Positions 1-11,004 of a DNA stretch of 64,000 nt are shown piece by piece. The first letter of the stretch is position 1. Every line of letters begins with the position of its first letter. The notes beneath the pieces are model-generated. The model was given only the letters and a program-made list of their open reading frames with translations. It did no database searches and had not been told where the DNA came from. The position numbers and the translations under genes are program-made. Source of the DNA: Nitrosomonas sp. Lineage in GTDB: Bacteria; Pseudomonadota; Gammaproteobacteria; Burkholderiales; Nitrosomonadaceae. The stretch spans positions 7,451 through 71,450 of the forward strand of contig JAGRFM010000074.1 in the NCBI GenBank assembly GCA_020446045.1, in the 5' to 3' direction.

Positions 1-2
1 GC

Positions 3-698
3 ATTGGACAAGCGATTGCGCTGAAACTCGGACAGCAGGGTGCGATTGTCGTGGGTACGGCCACCACCGATAATGGTGCGGAGGCAATCAGTCAATATTT
101 GGAAAAGGCTGATTTACGGGGTACCGGAATTGTTCTGAATGTTAACGATGCCGATCAAATAAACCAAGCCATCAATACGATTCGCGAGCAATTCGGCGAC
201 GTTGAAATACTGGTAAATAATGCTGGCATTACACGTGACAATTTGCTGATTCGCATGAAAGATGAAGAATGGGATGACATTCTTGAAACTAATCTTAAAT
301 CTGCATTCCGGTTAAGTCGCGCAGTGCTCCGCGCCATGATGAAAGCACGTTATGGCCGCATTATAAATATTTCGTCTGTTGTCGGCTCAATCGGCAATAT
401 TGGCCAAACCAATTATGCCGCAGCAAAAGCCGGAATTTTTGGTTTCAGCAAGTCTTTGGCGCGCGAAGTGGGTAGTCGTAATATTACTGTCAATTGTGTT
501 GCTCCCGGTTTTATAGACACCGATATGACGCGTGCATTAAGTGAAGAAATACAACAAAACCTGATTCAACATGTTCCGGTTGGAAGACTGGGGCGTGCGG
601 AAGAAATCGCTTCAGCAGTCGCATTTCTTGCATCTTCTGCTGCAGGATATATCACCGGAACGACATTACATGTCAATGGTGGCATGTATATGGATTAA
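3..698 (+). CDS. fabG: 3-oxoacyl-ACP reductase (5'-truncated by the window edge)
   Basis: Frame is open from base 3 (IGQAIALKL...). SDR motifs LVNNAGITRD, NYAAAK (YxxxK) and VAPGFIDTDMT; lies upstream of acpP-fabF. Confidence 0.97.
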   Translation: MGQAIALKLGQQGAIVVGTATTDNGAEAISQYLEKADLRGTGIVLNVNDADQINQAINTIREQFGDVEILVNNAGITRDNLLIRMKDEEWDDILETNLKSAFRLSRAVLRAMMKARYGRIINISSVVGSIGNIGQTNYAAAKAGIFGFSKSLAREVGSRNITVNCVAPGFIDTDMTRALSEEIQQNLIQHVPVGRLGRAEEIASAVAFLASSAAGYITGTTLHVNGGMYMD

Positions 699-855
699 CA
701 TAACATATCTGGCACAGTGCTTTGTTTATTTGATACAAATTTATCGTGCCTGGATTTTAACATCGGTTGGATAACAACACAGATTCTTATTTTGCAGAAT
801 TTTAAAATTTGTTAATATACTAAACATTTTTCTTACCTTAGAAGGAAGCATTTAA

Positions 856-1095
856 ATGGAAAATATTGAACAGCGCATCAAGAAAATCGTAGCTGAACAG
901 CTTGGCGTCAATGAATCAGAAGTCAAAAATGAATCTTCATTTGTAAACGATTTAGGTGCAGATTCACTGGATACAGTTGAACTTGTCATGGCGCTAGAAG
1001 AAGAATTTGAATGCGAGATTCCGGATGAAGAGGCCGAAAAAATCAATACTGTCCAAGAGGCGATTGATTATGTTACCAACAATACAAGCAGTTAA
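856..1095 (+). CDS. acpP: acyl carrier protein
   Basis: [13 protein letters not shown] phosphopantetheine motif, 79 aa, GGAAG RBS. Confidence 0.99.
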   Translation: MENIEQRIKKIVAEQLGVNESEVKNESSFVNDLGADSLDTVELVMALEEEFECEIPDEEAEKINTVQEAIDYVTNNTSS

Positions 1096-1126
1096 TTATT
1101 TATATCAATAGCTTATTGGAGTTATT

Positions 1127-2368
1127 TTGTCCAAACGCAGGGTAGTTATCACAGGGTTAGGCATTATTTCACCCGTTGGAAGTACTGTATCTAAAGCATG
1201 GGATAATATCGTTTCCGGAAAATCCGGAATAACACGTATTACTCGTTTTGATGCATCGGCATTTTCTTCCCAGATTGCCGGAGAAGTCGATGATTTCGAT
1301 ATCAATGAATATCTTCCGGTCAAAGAGGCGCGCCGTATGGATATCTTCATCCATTACGGTATGGCGGCGGCAACACAATCCATTAAAGACGCCGGTATAG
1401 AAGATATCTCCGGCCTGGAGGCTGAACGTATTGGTGTTAACATCGGTTCCGGTATTGGCGGATTGCCGATGATTGAAAATACCGATGCTGCATACCATAA
1501 AGGTGGTCCTAGAAAAATTTCGCCGTTTTTTATTCCCAGTACAATCATTAATATGATTTCAGGTAATTTATCCATTAAATATGGCTATAAAGGACCCAAT
1601 ATAGCGATTGTTACAGCTTGCACAACAGCAACGCACAGCATTGGCAGTGCTGCACGAATGATTGAATACGACGATGCGGACATCATGATTTGCGGTGGTG
1701 CGGAATCTTGTGTTACTCCCTTGGCTATTGGTGGCTTTGCGGCAGCAAAGGCGCTCTCGGTTAGCAATGATAATCCCGAGGCAGCCAGCCGCCCATGGGA
1801 TACAGCCCGGGATGGTTTTATCTTGGGTGAAGGTGCTGGAGTGCTGGTACTGGAAGAATTAGAACATGCCAAACGACGCGGTGCGAAGATATATGCTGAA
1901 CTGGCCGGTTTTGGGATGAGTGCGGATGCCTATCATATGACTGCACCAAGCGAAGATGGCGAAGGCGCCGCACGATGTATGTCAAATGCACTTAAGAATG
2001 CGTGCATTGATCCGACAGAAGTCGATTACGTCAATGCCCATGGTACATCAACGCCATTAGGTGACATAGCCGAAACCATTGCTGTTAAACGCTGTTTTGG
2101 AGATCATGCCAAAAAGCTTGCGGTGAATTCGACAAAATCGATGACAGGGCATTTGCTCGGCGCCGCAGGTGGTGTAGAAGCTATTTTTTCAGCACTGGCT
2201 GTACATCATCAGATTTCACCGCCTACCATTAACCTTGATGATCAAGATCCACAATGTGATCTGGATTATGTCGCCAATGAGGCGCGTAACATGAAAATCG
2301 ATGTTGCATTGTCTAATTCATTTGGATTTGGTGGAACTAATGGAACATTAGTCTTTCGTAAAATTTAG
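1127..2368 (+). CDS. fabF: beta-ketoacyl-ACP synthase II
   Basis: TACTT catalytic Cys, NAHGTST and GHLLGAAG His motifs, SNSFGFGG; TTG start with GGAG RBS. Confidence 0.98.
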   Translation: MSKRRVVITGLGIISPVGSTVSKAWDNIVSGKSGITRITRFDASAFSSQIAGEVDDFDINEYLPVKEARRMDIFIHYGMAAATQSIKDAGIEDISGLEAERIGVNIGSGIGGLPMIENTDAAYHKGGPRKISPFFIPSTIINMISGNLSIKYGYKGPNIAIVTACTTATHSIGSAARMIEYDDADIMICGGAESCVTPLAIGGFAAAKALSVSNDNPEAASRPWDTARDGFILGEGAGVLVLEELEHAKRRGAKIYAELAGFGMSADAYHMTAPSEDGEGAARCMSNALKNACIDPTEVDYVNAHGTSTPLGDIAETIAVKRCFGDHAKKLAVNSTKSMTGHLLGAAGGVEAIFSALAVHHQISPPTINLDDQDPQCDLDYVANEARNMKIDVALSNSFGFGGTNGTLVFRKI

Positions 2369-2389
2369 TTTTTATTTCTTCAACGGCGC

Positions 2390-3406
2390 ATGCTGACGCT
2401 AAAACGCCTAGCCTTCTATATATTTTCCTGTTTCTTAATCACAGCCGCCCTATTTGCGGGGTGGCTTTATCATCATTATCACCGGGAAATCGCTTTACCA
2501 CACACTCCCTACGAATTTTCTATTCAATCCGGCAGCAACTTAAAACAAATTGCGCAGCAACTGGTTGATGAAGACATTCTGCCTGATACTTGGTCTTTTA
2601 TCCTGTTATCACGTTATCTCAATCAGGATTCCACGATTAAAGCGGGCGATTACTTACTCACTGAGAATCCGTCGCAAATATCATTACTCGAATATTTGAT
2701 TCAAGGAGATATTCGGCAAAATATAATCCGCTTCATCGAAGGCTGGACTTTCGCACAATTTCTTGAAACACTGTATAACCATCCGGATATCCGCAATACT
2801 ACGGAAGACATGAATGAAACGGAAATTATGCAGTTGCTAGGTGCGACCGAATCTGCTGCTGAAGGCCTTTTTTTCCCCGATACCTATCATTTTGTAAAAA
2901 ATACTGCTGACACTGAGATCTTAAAGCGCGCTTATCGTATCATGCAGGAACAATTGCATGCAGCCTGGGCATTGCGTGTCGAATCTTTACCGCTGGAAAC
3001 ACCTTATGAAGCCCTCGTTTTGGCATCTATCATTGAAAAAGAAACCGGACTGGACAGTGATCGCGCTGAAATTGCAGGTGTTTTTATTAATCGACTGCGA
3101 ATCGGTATGCGGCTACAAACAGATCCAACTGTCATTTATGGTATGGGTGAACAATTTGACGGAAATTTGCGCAAAAAAGACCTGCAAACCGACCATGAAT
3201 TTAATACCTACACCCGTTCCGGCCTGCCACCCACTCCAATTGCCATGCCCGGCCTCGCTTCCATCCGGGCGGCTGTAAACCCGGCCACGACAAAAAACTT
3301 ATATTTTGTTGCAAAAGGAAATGGCGAATCCAAATTTTCCACCAACCTCCGGGATCATAATCGTGCGGTTGCCAGATACCAAAAGCAACAGCGGAAGCAA
3401 AATTAA
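2390..3406 (+). CDS. mltG: endolytic transglycosylase MltG
   Basis: N-terminal TM anchor; EGLFFPDTY, LASIIEKET and MRLQTDPTVIYG motifs. Confidence 0.97.
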   Translation: MLTLKRLAFYIFSCFLITAALFAGWLYHHYHREIALPHTPYEFSIQSGSNLKQIAQQLVDEDILPDTWSFILLSRYLNQDSTIKAGDYLLTENPSQISLLEYLIQGDIRQNIIRFIEGWTFAQFLETLYNHPDIRNTTEDMNETEIMQLLGATESAAEGLFFPDTYHFVKNTADTEILKRAYRIMQEQLHAAWALRVESLPLETPYEALVLASIIEKETGLDSDRAEIAGVFINRLRIGMRLQTDPTVIYGMGEQFDGNLRKKDLQTDHEFNTYTRSGLPPTPIAMPGLASIRAAVNPATTKNLYFVAKGNGESKFSTNLRDHNRAVARYQKQQRKQN

Positions 3407-3451
3407 TTATGTGGAATAAACAAAATATAAAACAACTTCATCTGGCGTGAC

Positions 3452-6043
3452 ATGACACAATTTTCAATTGTAGTTCCCACGTTAAATGAATCAGACAATA
3501 TCGACATCCTCTTAAAACAGCTTTTCGCACTGGATATTTCATCATCCATTGATGAAATCATTTTCGTCGATGATGGGTCTGACGATGGCACACCTGAGAA
3601 AATTCGCACCTGGCAGAAAAATCACAATATCCGTCTGATACAACGAACCGGCGAACCGGATCTGACGGCATCAGTTTTAAAAGGTGCGGAAGCAGCGCAC
3701 AGCGATGTTATCGTTGTTATGGATGCGGATTTAAGTCATCCACATGACAAAATTAAAGCGTTGGTTTCGCCAGTTTTAAAAAACCAATACGATGTTGTCA
3801 TCGGCAGCCGCTATGTTCCCGGCGGTGATACCCATGACTGGCCGTTGTATCGGCGTTTTTTATCCCGGTTGGGGGGAATGTTGGCCTGTCCCCTCTGTGA
3901 TGTCAATGATGCAACATCGGGTTTCTTCGCATTTCGCCGGCAATTGGCCGCTACTGTCTCTGAGCAAGCCAAAGGCTATAAAGTCTTACTCGAGATACTG
4001 ATGGCCAACGATGGCAATCTGCGCGTCAAAGAAATTCCGATTCGGTTTAAAGATCGTGTCTACGGCACTTCGAAGTTATCATTTTCACATCAAATTGCTT
4101 ATCTGCAGCGATTAATGACATTATCCGGCGGCACTTTCTCATTCAATACGGCGGGCCGGTTTGCTGTCGTCGGTTTACTCGGCGTTGTTGTGGACGCACT
4201 CATGTTTCAGTGGATGATCAGTCAGCAAGCCGGTCTTGCTTTGGCGCATTTTGTCAGTTTTCTGGCTGCTGTTATTTTTAATTATGTCTTAAATACGCAT
4301 TGGACTTTTTCTCAACCACAAACCAATCGATGGCAATGGCGCCAGTTTAGCCGGTTTATCACTGTCGGCGTGCTTGCGTTACTGTTGCGCGGAGGGGTAT
4401 TGGCATTATGTGTTGACGGTTGGGAAATAGCGCCTGAATGGGCCATTTTTCCTGCCATTGTCGCAACGGCTGCAATTAATTATCTGGGTGCAGCTTTTTA
4501 TGTTTTTCCTGATACCCAAAATAAGACTTCAAATAATCTGCGCTGGCGTGTTGCAGCCATCGGATTAATTCTGTTTTGCATCTTATTACGCCTGATATAT
4601 CTGGGTGTTGCACAATTGATCCCCGATGAAGCCTATTACTGGCAATACGCACAGCATCTGGATCTGGGTTATTACGATCATCCTCCGCTGGTCGGATGGC
4701 TTATTTGGCTTGGCACAGCCATACTGGGCGATACTGAAAGCGGTGTGCGTATCGGCGCATTTTTATGCAACCTGATTGCGATGGTTTATTTATATGCGCT
4801 GTCGCAGAATTTGTACGATAAATCGACAGCACTATATACGGTAATGCTGTTCTCCATTTTGCCGATAGGTTTTGCAACCGGTTTTTTAATGACGCCGGAC
4901 GCACCGCTGGTTGCGGCATGGATTGCCGTATTGTATTACATGGAACGTGCATTGGTTGCCGAACAACGAGCCGCGTGGCTAGGTATGGGCATTGCCTTTG
5001 GGCTGGGTTTACTCGCCAAATATACGATGGCGTTACTGGGCCTGGCGGCACTGGTTTTTGTTTTGATTGATCCACAGGCGCGCTCCTGGTTGCTACGTCC
5101 TCATCCCTACTTATCCGCATTGCTGGCACTGATAATCTTTTCACCCGTTTTGATCTGGAATTATCAACATGAATGGGCCTCCTTTCTATTCCAGACAACA
5201 CGGCATGTTTCGGATAGCAATCAATTCTCGGTACATTTCTTATTGATTTACTGCATGATTCTACTCACACCTATCGGTTTTCTGGCTGCCGGATCAATGT
5301 TTCTTGTCAATAAGCAAGGACAACGTGATTCACTACAAAACCGAAAGCTGTTATTCATGCAAATTTTTACAGGCATACCGTTTCTGGTTTTTTTGTTTTT
5401 CAGCTTGTTCGATCACCCCAAATTCCACTGGAACGGTCCCGTCTGGTTAGCCATATTACCGGCCATTGCGTGGATGATCGGCGCTGACGTACCGGGAAAA
5501 TTTGCACAATGGTTGCAAAAAGCCTGGCGGCCAACTTTGATTACCTGTTTGTTGGGTTATGCTTTTACCTTACACTACCTCGTGCTCGGCATTCCCGGTA
5601 TACCATATCAATTTTTCACGCAACATTTTTTCTGGCGCGAAACGACCGCTGTTGTTGATCAAATCGCTGAAGAAGTTCGCCTGCAAACCGACCAGAAACC
5701 GGTCATCGTTGGTATGAGCAAATGGTCAGTTGCCAGTTCTCTGTATTTCTACAACCATGCCGCAGGTAATCTGGATATTTGGTCACGCAATTTATTTGGC
5801 GATACCGGCGCAATGTATGATTATTGGTTTCCTTCGCAACCCTTTACAACCCGGCCGATTGTTCAGATCGCGATGAAACCGGATCAACTCGATCACATAC
5901 GTGAAGGCGATAATCTTAAAAAAATGCTCATCAAGCCTGGTAAGATTGAAAATCTAATCATCTACCGGGGTGATATACCACTTAGACGCGTATATTATCG
6001 TATTTCGGAAGGATTTAAAGGAAGTGGCAACATTTTCCCTTGA
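3452..6043 (+). CDS. fused GT2 polyprenol-phosphate glycosyltransferase + GtrA-like flippase + GT-C (ArnT/PMT-like) transferase
   Basis: aa ~1-225 look like DPM1 (IVVPTLNE, VDDGSDDGT, MDADLSHP, IGSRY). aa ~230-350 look like GtrA (RFAVVGLLGVVVD...FNYVLNTHWTF). From aa ~365 the sequence is GT-C-like (PDEAYYW, GYYDHPPLVGW, LAKYT, multiple TM helices). Confidence 0.85.
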   Translation: MTQFSIVVPTLNESDNIDILLKQLFALDISSSIDEIIFVDDGSDDGTPEKIRTWQKNHNIRLIQRTGEPDLTASVLKGAEAAHSDVIVVMDADLSHPHDKIKALVSPVLKNQYDVVIGSRYVPGGDTHDWPLYRRFLSRLGGMLACPLCDVNDATSGFFAFRRQLAATVSEQAKGYKVLLEILMANDGNLRVKEIPIRFKDRVYGTSKLSFSHQIAYLQRLMTLSGGTFSFNTAGRFAVVGLLGVVVDALMFQWMISQQAGLALAHFVSFLAAVIFNYVLNTHWTFSQPQTNRWQWRQFSRFITVGVLALLLRGGVLALCVDGWEIAPEWAIFPAIVATAAINYLGAAFYVFPDTQNKTSNNLRWRVAAIGLILFCILLRLIYLGVAQLIPDEAYYWQYAQHLDLGYYDHPPLVGWLIWLGTAILGDTESGVRIGAFLCNLIAMVYLYALSQNLYDKSTALYTVMLFSILPIGFATGFLMTPDAPLVAAWIAVLYYMERALVAEQRAAWLGMGIAFGLGLLAKYTMALLGLAALVFVLIDPQARSWLLRPHPYLSALLALIIFSPVLIWNYQHEWASFLFQTTRHVSDSNQFSVHFLLIYCMILLTPIGFLAAGSMFLVNKQGQRDSLQNRKLLFMQIFTGIPFLVFLFFSLFDHPKFHWNGPVWLAILPAIAWMIGADVPGKFAQWLQKAWRPTLITCLLGYAFTLHYLVLGIPGIPYQFFTQHFFWRETTAVVDQIAEEVRLQTDQKPVIVGMSKWSVASSLYFYNHAAGNLDIWSRNLFGDTGAMYDYWFPSQPFTTRPIVQIAMKPDQLDHIREGDNLKKMLIKPGKIENLIIYRGDIPLRRVYYRISEGFKGSGNIFP

Positions 6044-6179
6044 TAACAAAAGAAGAAATACCACCCAATCTTTTCTATTTTCTTTTGATCAAGAAAAATT
6101 TTTGTCGCTACAATCTTTTCCCTGTTATCTTTGAAGATTTTAATTGTAAGCTTTTCCGTTTCGCCAATCACTGACAACA

Positions 6180-8252
6180 ATGTTAACTAAAAATCTTGTA
6201 ATTTTTATTTTGTTTGTGTTGCTAAGCATGGCTGAAATAACCGCGTGGGCTTCAAGTGAATCCAAAGATTCGGTTCATCCGAAAAAGGATTTATTGCAAT
6301 TAAGTCTTGAAGAACTGATGAATGTAGCGATCGTCAGCGCTTCCAAAAAATAGCAAAAATTGGCCGACGCACCGGCTGCGGTTTTTGTCATTACCAGTGA
6401 TGATATTCGCCGCTCCGGCGCAACCAGTATTCCTGAAGCACTGCGTATGGCGCCCGGTGTACAAGTCGGAAGGATAGGCACCGACAAGTGGTCAGTTAGT
6501 ATTCGGGGGTTTAACGGGCGCTTTTCCAATAAACTGTTGGTATTGATCGATGGACGCAGTGTCTATACGCCGTTGTCTTCTGGCGTTATCTGGAGCCAAC
6601 AAGATGTTCTGATGGAAGACATTGATCGCATTGAAGTTGTGCGTGGTCCCGGCGCAACGCTTTGGGGCGTCAACGCGGTCAACGGTGTCATTAATATTCT
6701 TACTAAACATGCCACACAAACACAAGGTGCTTTACTGACGATTGGCGGCGGAAGCTTCGAGCAGGGCTTTGCCAGTGCGCGCTACGGTGGAAAAATTACT
6801 GAAAATACCGCTTATCGTATTTATGCAAAAGGTTTCAAGAGAGACCATACAACGACTTTGTCCGGAAACAGTGCGCATGATAACTGGCATTCTGCACGGG
6901 CTGGTTTCCGGATAGATCATACCCGTGATATCGATGAATTAACGGTACAAGGCGATATCTTTGTCAATGATATCAGTGATGCATTAATACCGCTTAATGC
7001 TTCGCCGTCAGCAGCGTTGAATGTTATTAATCGTAAGGAATTTGGCGGCAATATCCGGTTACGCTGGGATCGAAAGCTTTCCGAACAATCATCGATTATG
7101 TTCCAAACCTACTATGACCGGGTACAAAACCAACTCGCGCCGCAAACGAAACATGCAGATAGTTTTGATGTTGAACTACAACATCGTTTTCCATTATTCA
7201 ATACGCATGATATTACCTGGGGATTAAATTATCGTTTATTTCATACACATGCGATCAATACCTTTATCACTTCGTTTTTTCCACAAACACGATCGAATTA
7301 TTTTGTCAGTGGTTACGTACGCGATGAGATTGAGCTGTTACCGGAACAGTTAAAATTTTCTCTCGGTGTTCGGCTCGGTTACAACAATCTTAGCGGCATC
7401 GAAGTACAACCCAATGCACGCTTAATGTGGACTCCAAATTCCAGAAATTCGATTTGGGCATCCGTGTCCCGCGCTGTTCGAACACCCGCCAGGGGGGAAC
7501 AGAATGTACTGATTAATATGGGTATTTCACCGCCCCAGCCGGATTTGACAGGCTCGCAATTACCCATTATGCAAGCCGTGCTCGGTTCGAATCATTTTAA
7601 TGCTGAAGAATTACTTGCCTATGAACTGGGTTACCGTCATCAATTCAATAATCGCGCATCGTTGGATATTACAGGCTTTTTCAATGATTATGATCACTTG
7701 CGCGATTTTGCTTTAGGCGCAATTCAGCCCACATCAGGAGCACACCGCGATCTGATTTTGTCTATTATTCAACAAGATCACCTGATGTTACCCATTTTCT
7801 TTACCAACAAAGGCTCAGCACATGCCTATGGTGCAGAGATTTCAATAGATTTGATACCGCATGAAAAATGGCGCTTACAGGGCAACTACAGTTATTTAAC
7901 GATTAGCACAAAATCCAATCCCGCTTTTACCGCAATCGACGCTTCTACCGGTGGTGCCGGTAAAGCAAATCCCCATCATCAACTGTCACTGCGGTCAAAT
8001 TTTGATTTGTCCGAAAAACTGCAATTTAACTTGTGGTTACGCTACGTTAGCGGCTTATCATTTTATGCTATTTCGGATTATGTCACCATGGACGCCAACA
8101 TGACCTGGAAGCCAGTGAAAAATATTGAATTTTTTCTGGTTGGCCAAAATTTGTTCAAACAACAACACCGCGAATCGCAGTCTGATTTTATCAGGACTGT
8201 ACCTTCAACTGTGCCTCGCGGTATTTATACGGGTGTCCGTTGGGAATTTTGA
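6180..8252 (+). pseudogene. TonB-dependent receptor interrupted by a single in-frame TAG at 6351-6353
   Basis: ATG 6180 gives a signal peptide (MLTKNLVIFILFVLLSMAEITAWA), then DLLQLSLEELMNVAIVSASKK*QKLADAPAAVFVIT in the same frame as ORF 6360-8252. Plug motif IDRIEVVRGPGATLWGVNAVNGVINI; ends in Phe (GVRWEF). Confidence 0.8.
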
Positions 8253-8295
8253 ATAACAAAATCCTGACACTATCTTTTTCTAATTAGTTTAAGAA

Positions 8296-10308
8296 ATGAT
8301 TATACCTATACTCGCTTTGGTCGTTGTATTGCGATCCTTTAGCTTGTTTCGTTTTATTAAAATTTTACTCATTTATCTAGCTTTCTTTTCATATCCAACC
8401 CATGCCACCGATGATTTAGAACAACTCAGCCTGGAACAATTGATGAATGTCACCATTACCGGTGCTTCCCGGTATGAACAAAAACCGCAGCAAATCGCCG
8501 CCTCAGCGCATGTCATCACCCGAAATGATATTCGCGCCTACGGCTGGCGAACGCTTAACGAGGCATTGGTGAGCCTTCCCGGTATTTATGGTACTTACGA
8601 TCATCAATACAATTATTTAGGCGTGCGCGGCTTCAGCGTGCCCGGCGACTTTACTACACGCGTTTTGATTATGATCAATGGTAATCGCATCAATGATGCC
8701 ACCTATGATCAAGGGCCTACCGGACGAGATTTCCCACTCGATATCGATTTGATCGAAAGAATTGAATACATCCCGGGCCCGGGTAGTTCGGTGTATGGCC
8801 AGAACGCCATGCTGGGCGTTGTCAATGTCATCACACGCAATGGTTCCAGTATCAACGGTATGGAAGTTTCGGCATCCTATCAAACGGCGGAAGTCATGCC
8901 CCAGGAACGGGTAACATTCGGCCGGAATTACAGTAATGGACTGGATGCACTGATTTCAGTATCCGGTTTGCAGGCACGCGGCGCGAATCGACTGCTCGAT
9001 TTTGGTGATGGCAGCCCTCCCGGAATCGTCCGGGGTCAAGATGGAGAAGACGTCAAGCAGTTGTTTGCACGCGCAGTTTATGGTCCGTTTGAATTCGATT
9101 TTACGTATGGTAACCGCCGCAAAGATGACCCGGTCGCGACTTACCTTTCCGATCCGTTAACTGATGGGCAATATCAGCGTGATCGCCGTTTAAATACGCA
9201 ACTCCTGTATAACGACAATTTTTTTCAGAATCAACTCAATGTTTTAGGCCGATTATTTCTGGGAGAATACCGTTACTATGGACCTTATGTTTTTAGCGGC
9301 GAAAGAACCCTGGTTTCAGGACCAAGCAACTGGCATGGCGCAGAGCTGAGATTACTTTCAACTGCGATAACTGATCATAAATTGATGCTGGGCTTTGAAT
9401 ATCAGAACAATACCAGTATTCGGCAATCGTTTGAGAATTTCGACAATCCCGCCAGCAATATTTTGATTAAAAATTCAGTGCTGAGATTGGGTGTTTATAT
9501 ACAAGATGAATGGCAAATCACCGATTCGCTATCAGTCACCGCGGGTTTGCGCTATGACCATAATAACTGGATTGGCAGCCGATTGAGCCCTCGTGGCGCA
9601 TTGGTCTGGCAGGCAACGCCAACAATCGCCTTCAAAGGACAATACGGCCGTGCGCACCGCGCACCAAACGCCTATGAAAGAGATTATGAAGATGGAGCAT
9701 TTCTGACTTCAAATCCGGGCTTACGCAGCGAATCAGTCGATGCCGTTGAATTCACAGCCGAGTATCAACCTTTGTACAACATGAATCTGCGCGCAACAAT
9801 CTACGAATGGGATATGCGCAATATCATTACACTGGGTATCGACTCCATCACTGAATTGGCGCAATACCAACAAACATCAGGAAAAGCACGCGCCAGGGGA
9901 ACCGAATTTCTAGTCGAAAAAGTCTGGGATGGCGGTACACGGCTACGCAGCAGTTTCGGATACCAAAGTACTAAACAACATGGCTCAATCCTGACCAATT
10001 CACCCCATTTCCTCGGAAAATTCAATTTTACAACACCCATCCCATTGATGAAGGGGATGCGGGCAGGCTATGAGTTGCAGTTTTTTGGCAAACGTAAAAC
10101 ACTGGACGGTTCATACACCGACAACACAGTGCTTTCAAATCTTAACGTGATGACCGATGTGAGCCGGATAAAAGGATTGCAAGCTTCTTTAAGCATCTAC
10201 AATCTTTTCAATGAAAACTATGTACACCCCGGTTCTGATAACAATTGGCAAAATGTTTTGCTGCAACCCGGCAGAACGGTACGTTTCAGACTGGATTATC
10301 GTTTCTAG
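8296..10308 (+). CDS. TonB-dependent outer-membrane receptor
   Basis: Signal peptide; LEQLSLEQLMNV; plug motif IERIEYIPGPGSSVYGQNAMLGVVNVIT; C-terminal LDYRF. Confidence 0.92.
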   Translation: MIIPILALVVVLRSFSLFRFIKILLIYLAFFSYPTHATDDLEQLSLEQLMNVTITGASRYEQKPQQIAASAHVITRNDIRAYGWRTLNEALVSLPGIYGTYDHQYNYLGVRGFSVPGDFTTRVLIMINGNRINDATYDQGPTGRDFPLDIDLIERIEYIPGPGSSVYGQNAMLGVVNVITRNGSSINGMEVSASYQTAEVMPQERVTFGRNYSNGLDALISVSGLQARGANRLLDFGDGSPPGIVRGQDGEDVKQLFARAVYGPFEFDFTYGNRRKDDPVATYLSDPLTDGQYQRDRRLNTQLLYNDNFFQNQLNVLGRLFLGEYRYYGPYVFSGERTLVSGPSNWHGAELRLLSTAITDHKLMLGFEYQNNTSIRQSFENFDNPASNILIKNSVLRLGVYIQDEWQITDSLSVTAGLRYDHNNWIGSRLSPRGALVWQATPTIAFKGQYGRAHRAPNAYERDYEDGAFLTSNPGLRSESVDAVEFTAEYQPLYNMNLRATIYEWDMRNIITLGIDSITELAQYQQTSGKARARGTEFLVEKVWDGGTRLRSSFGYQSTKQHGSILTNSPHFLGKFNFTTPIPLMKGMRAGYELQFFGKRKTLDGSYTDNTVLSNLNVMTDVSRIKGLQASLSIYNLFNENYVHPGSDNNWQNVLLQPGRTVRFRLDYRF

Positions 10309-10320
10309 GTACAGGTAAAA

Positions 10321-10971
10321 ATGACTGCAATTTGTCCGGCCTGTTTAATGCGAATAGTCAACAGACTAATAGTTCAGTGCATTGAAGCATTTAACAATCC
10401 CCCGTTTATCCGGTTGCCTTGCACTCGACATAGGCTACGACACAAACTCTGCTATTTTTTTTCAATACTCGTATCAGGTTCACTGTTGCTTTATAGCTCT
10501 GTACCCTTAGCAAACGCCACAGAAGTGTCAGAATACCGGCTAAAAGCTGCTTTTCTATATAATTTTATCGCTTATACGCGCTGGCCTGATCAGACTATTG
10601 ACAGTCTTACTGTCTGTATTCATGCTGGAAATCCTTTTGGAGAAAATTTGCAGTATTTAAAAAACAAAAAGGTTAATGACGCCGATATTTTGATTCAATA
10701 TACAAAACATGTTTCGGAATTTTCCGATTGCCAAGCTATTTTTATATCCGGTTCAGCTATGGGCAATCTCGATAATATTCTGAATCGTATAAAAAACAAG
10801 CCGATCTTAACTATCAGCGACAGTATTAATGCAGGCCGACAAGGCGTCATGATCAACATGACCGTTAAAGCGGATAAAATAAACTTTGATGTTAATCTGA
10901 ATGCGGCCCAAAATGCCGACCTCGAGATTAGCGCTCAATTACTCCGTTTAGCCAAAGAAGTTTTTAGATAA
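10321..10971 (+). CDS. YfiR-like (DUF4154) periplasmic protein; start uncertain, probably further downstream
   Basis: YRLKAAFLYNFIAYTRWP, two Cys (TVCI...NPFG and SDCQAIFIS), ILTISD, FDVNLNAAQ...ISAQLLRLA. Confidence 0.85.
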   Translation: MTAICPACLMRIVNRLIVQCIEAFNNPPFIRLPCTRHRLRHKLCYFFSILVSGSLLLYSSVPLANATEVSEYRLKAAFLYNFIAYTRWPDQTIDSLTVCIHAGNPFGENLQYLKNKKVNDADILIQYTKHVSEFSDCQAIFISGSAMGNLDNILNRIKNKPILTISDSINAGRQGVMINMTVKADKINFDVNLNAAQNADLEISAQLLRLAKEVFR

Positions 10972-11004
10972 CGCTTCAATCCGCAGAAGACAAAAAATGA
11001 CTGA

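Noticed and set aside
6044-6179. Fur box upstream of the TonB receptors
   Set aside because: No GATAATGAT-like 19-mer was recognisable; only a weak AT-rich inverted repeat around TTGATCAA.
6351-6353. Pyrrolysine recoding of the amber codon
   Set aside because: No pyl genes or tRNA-Pyl in the window and not expected in this lineage; a nonsense mutation or sequencing error is more parsimonious.
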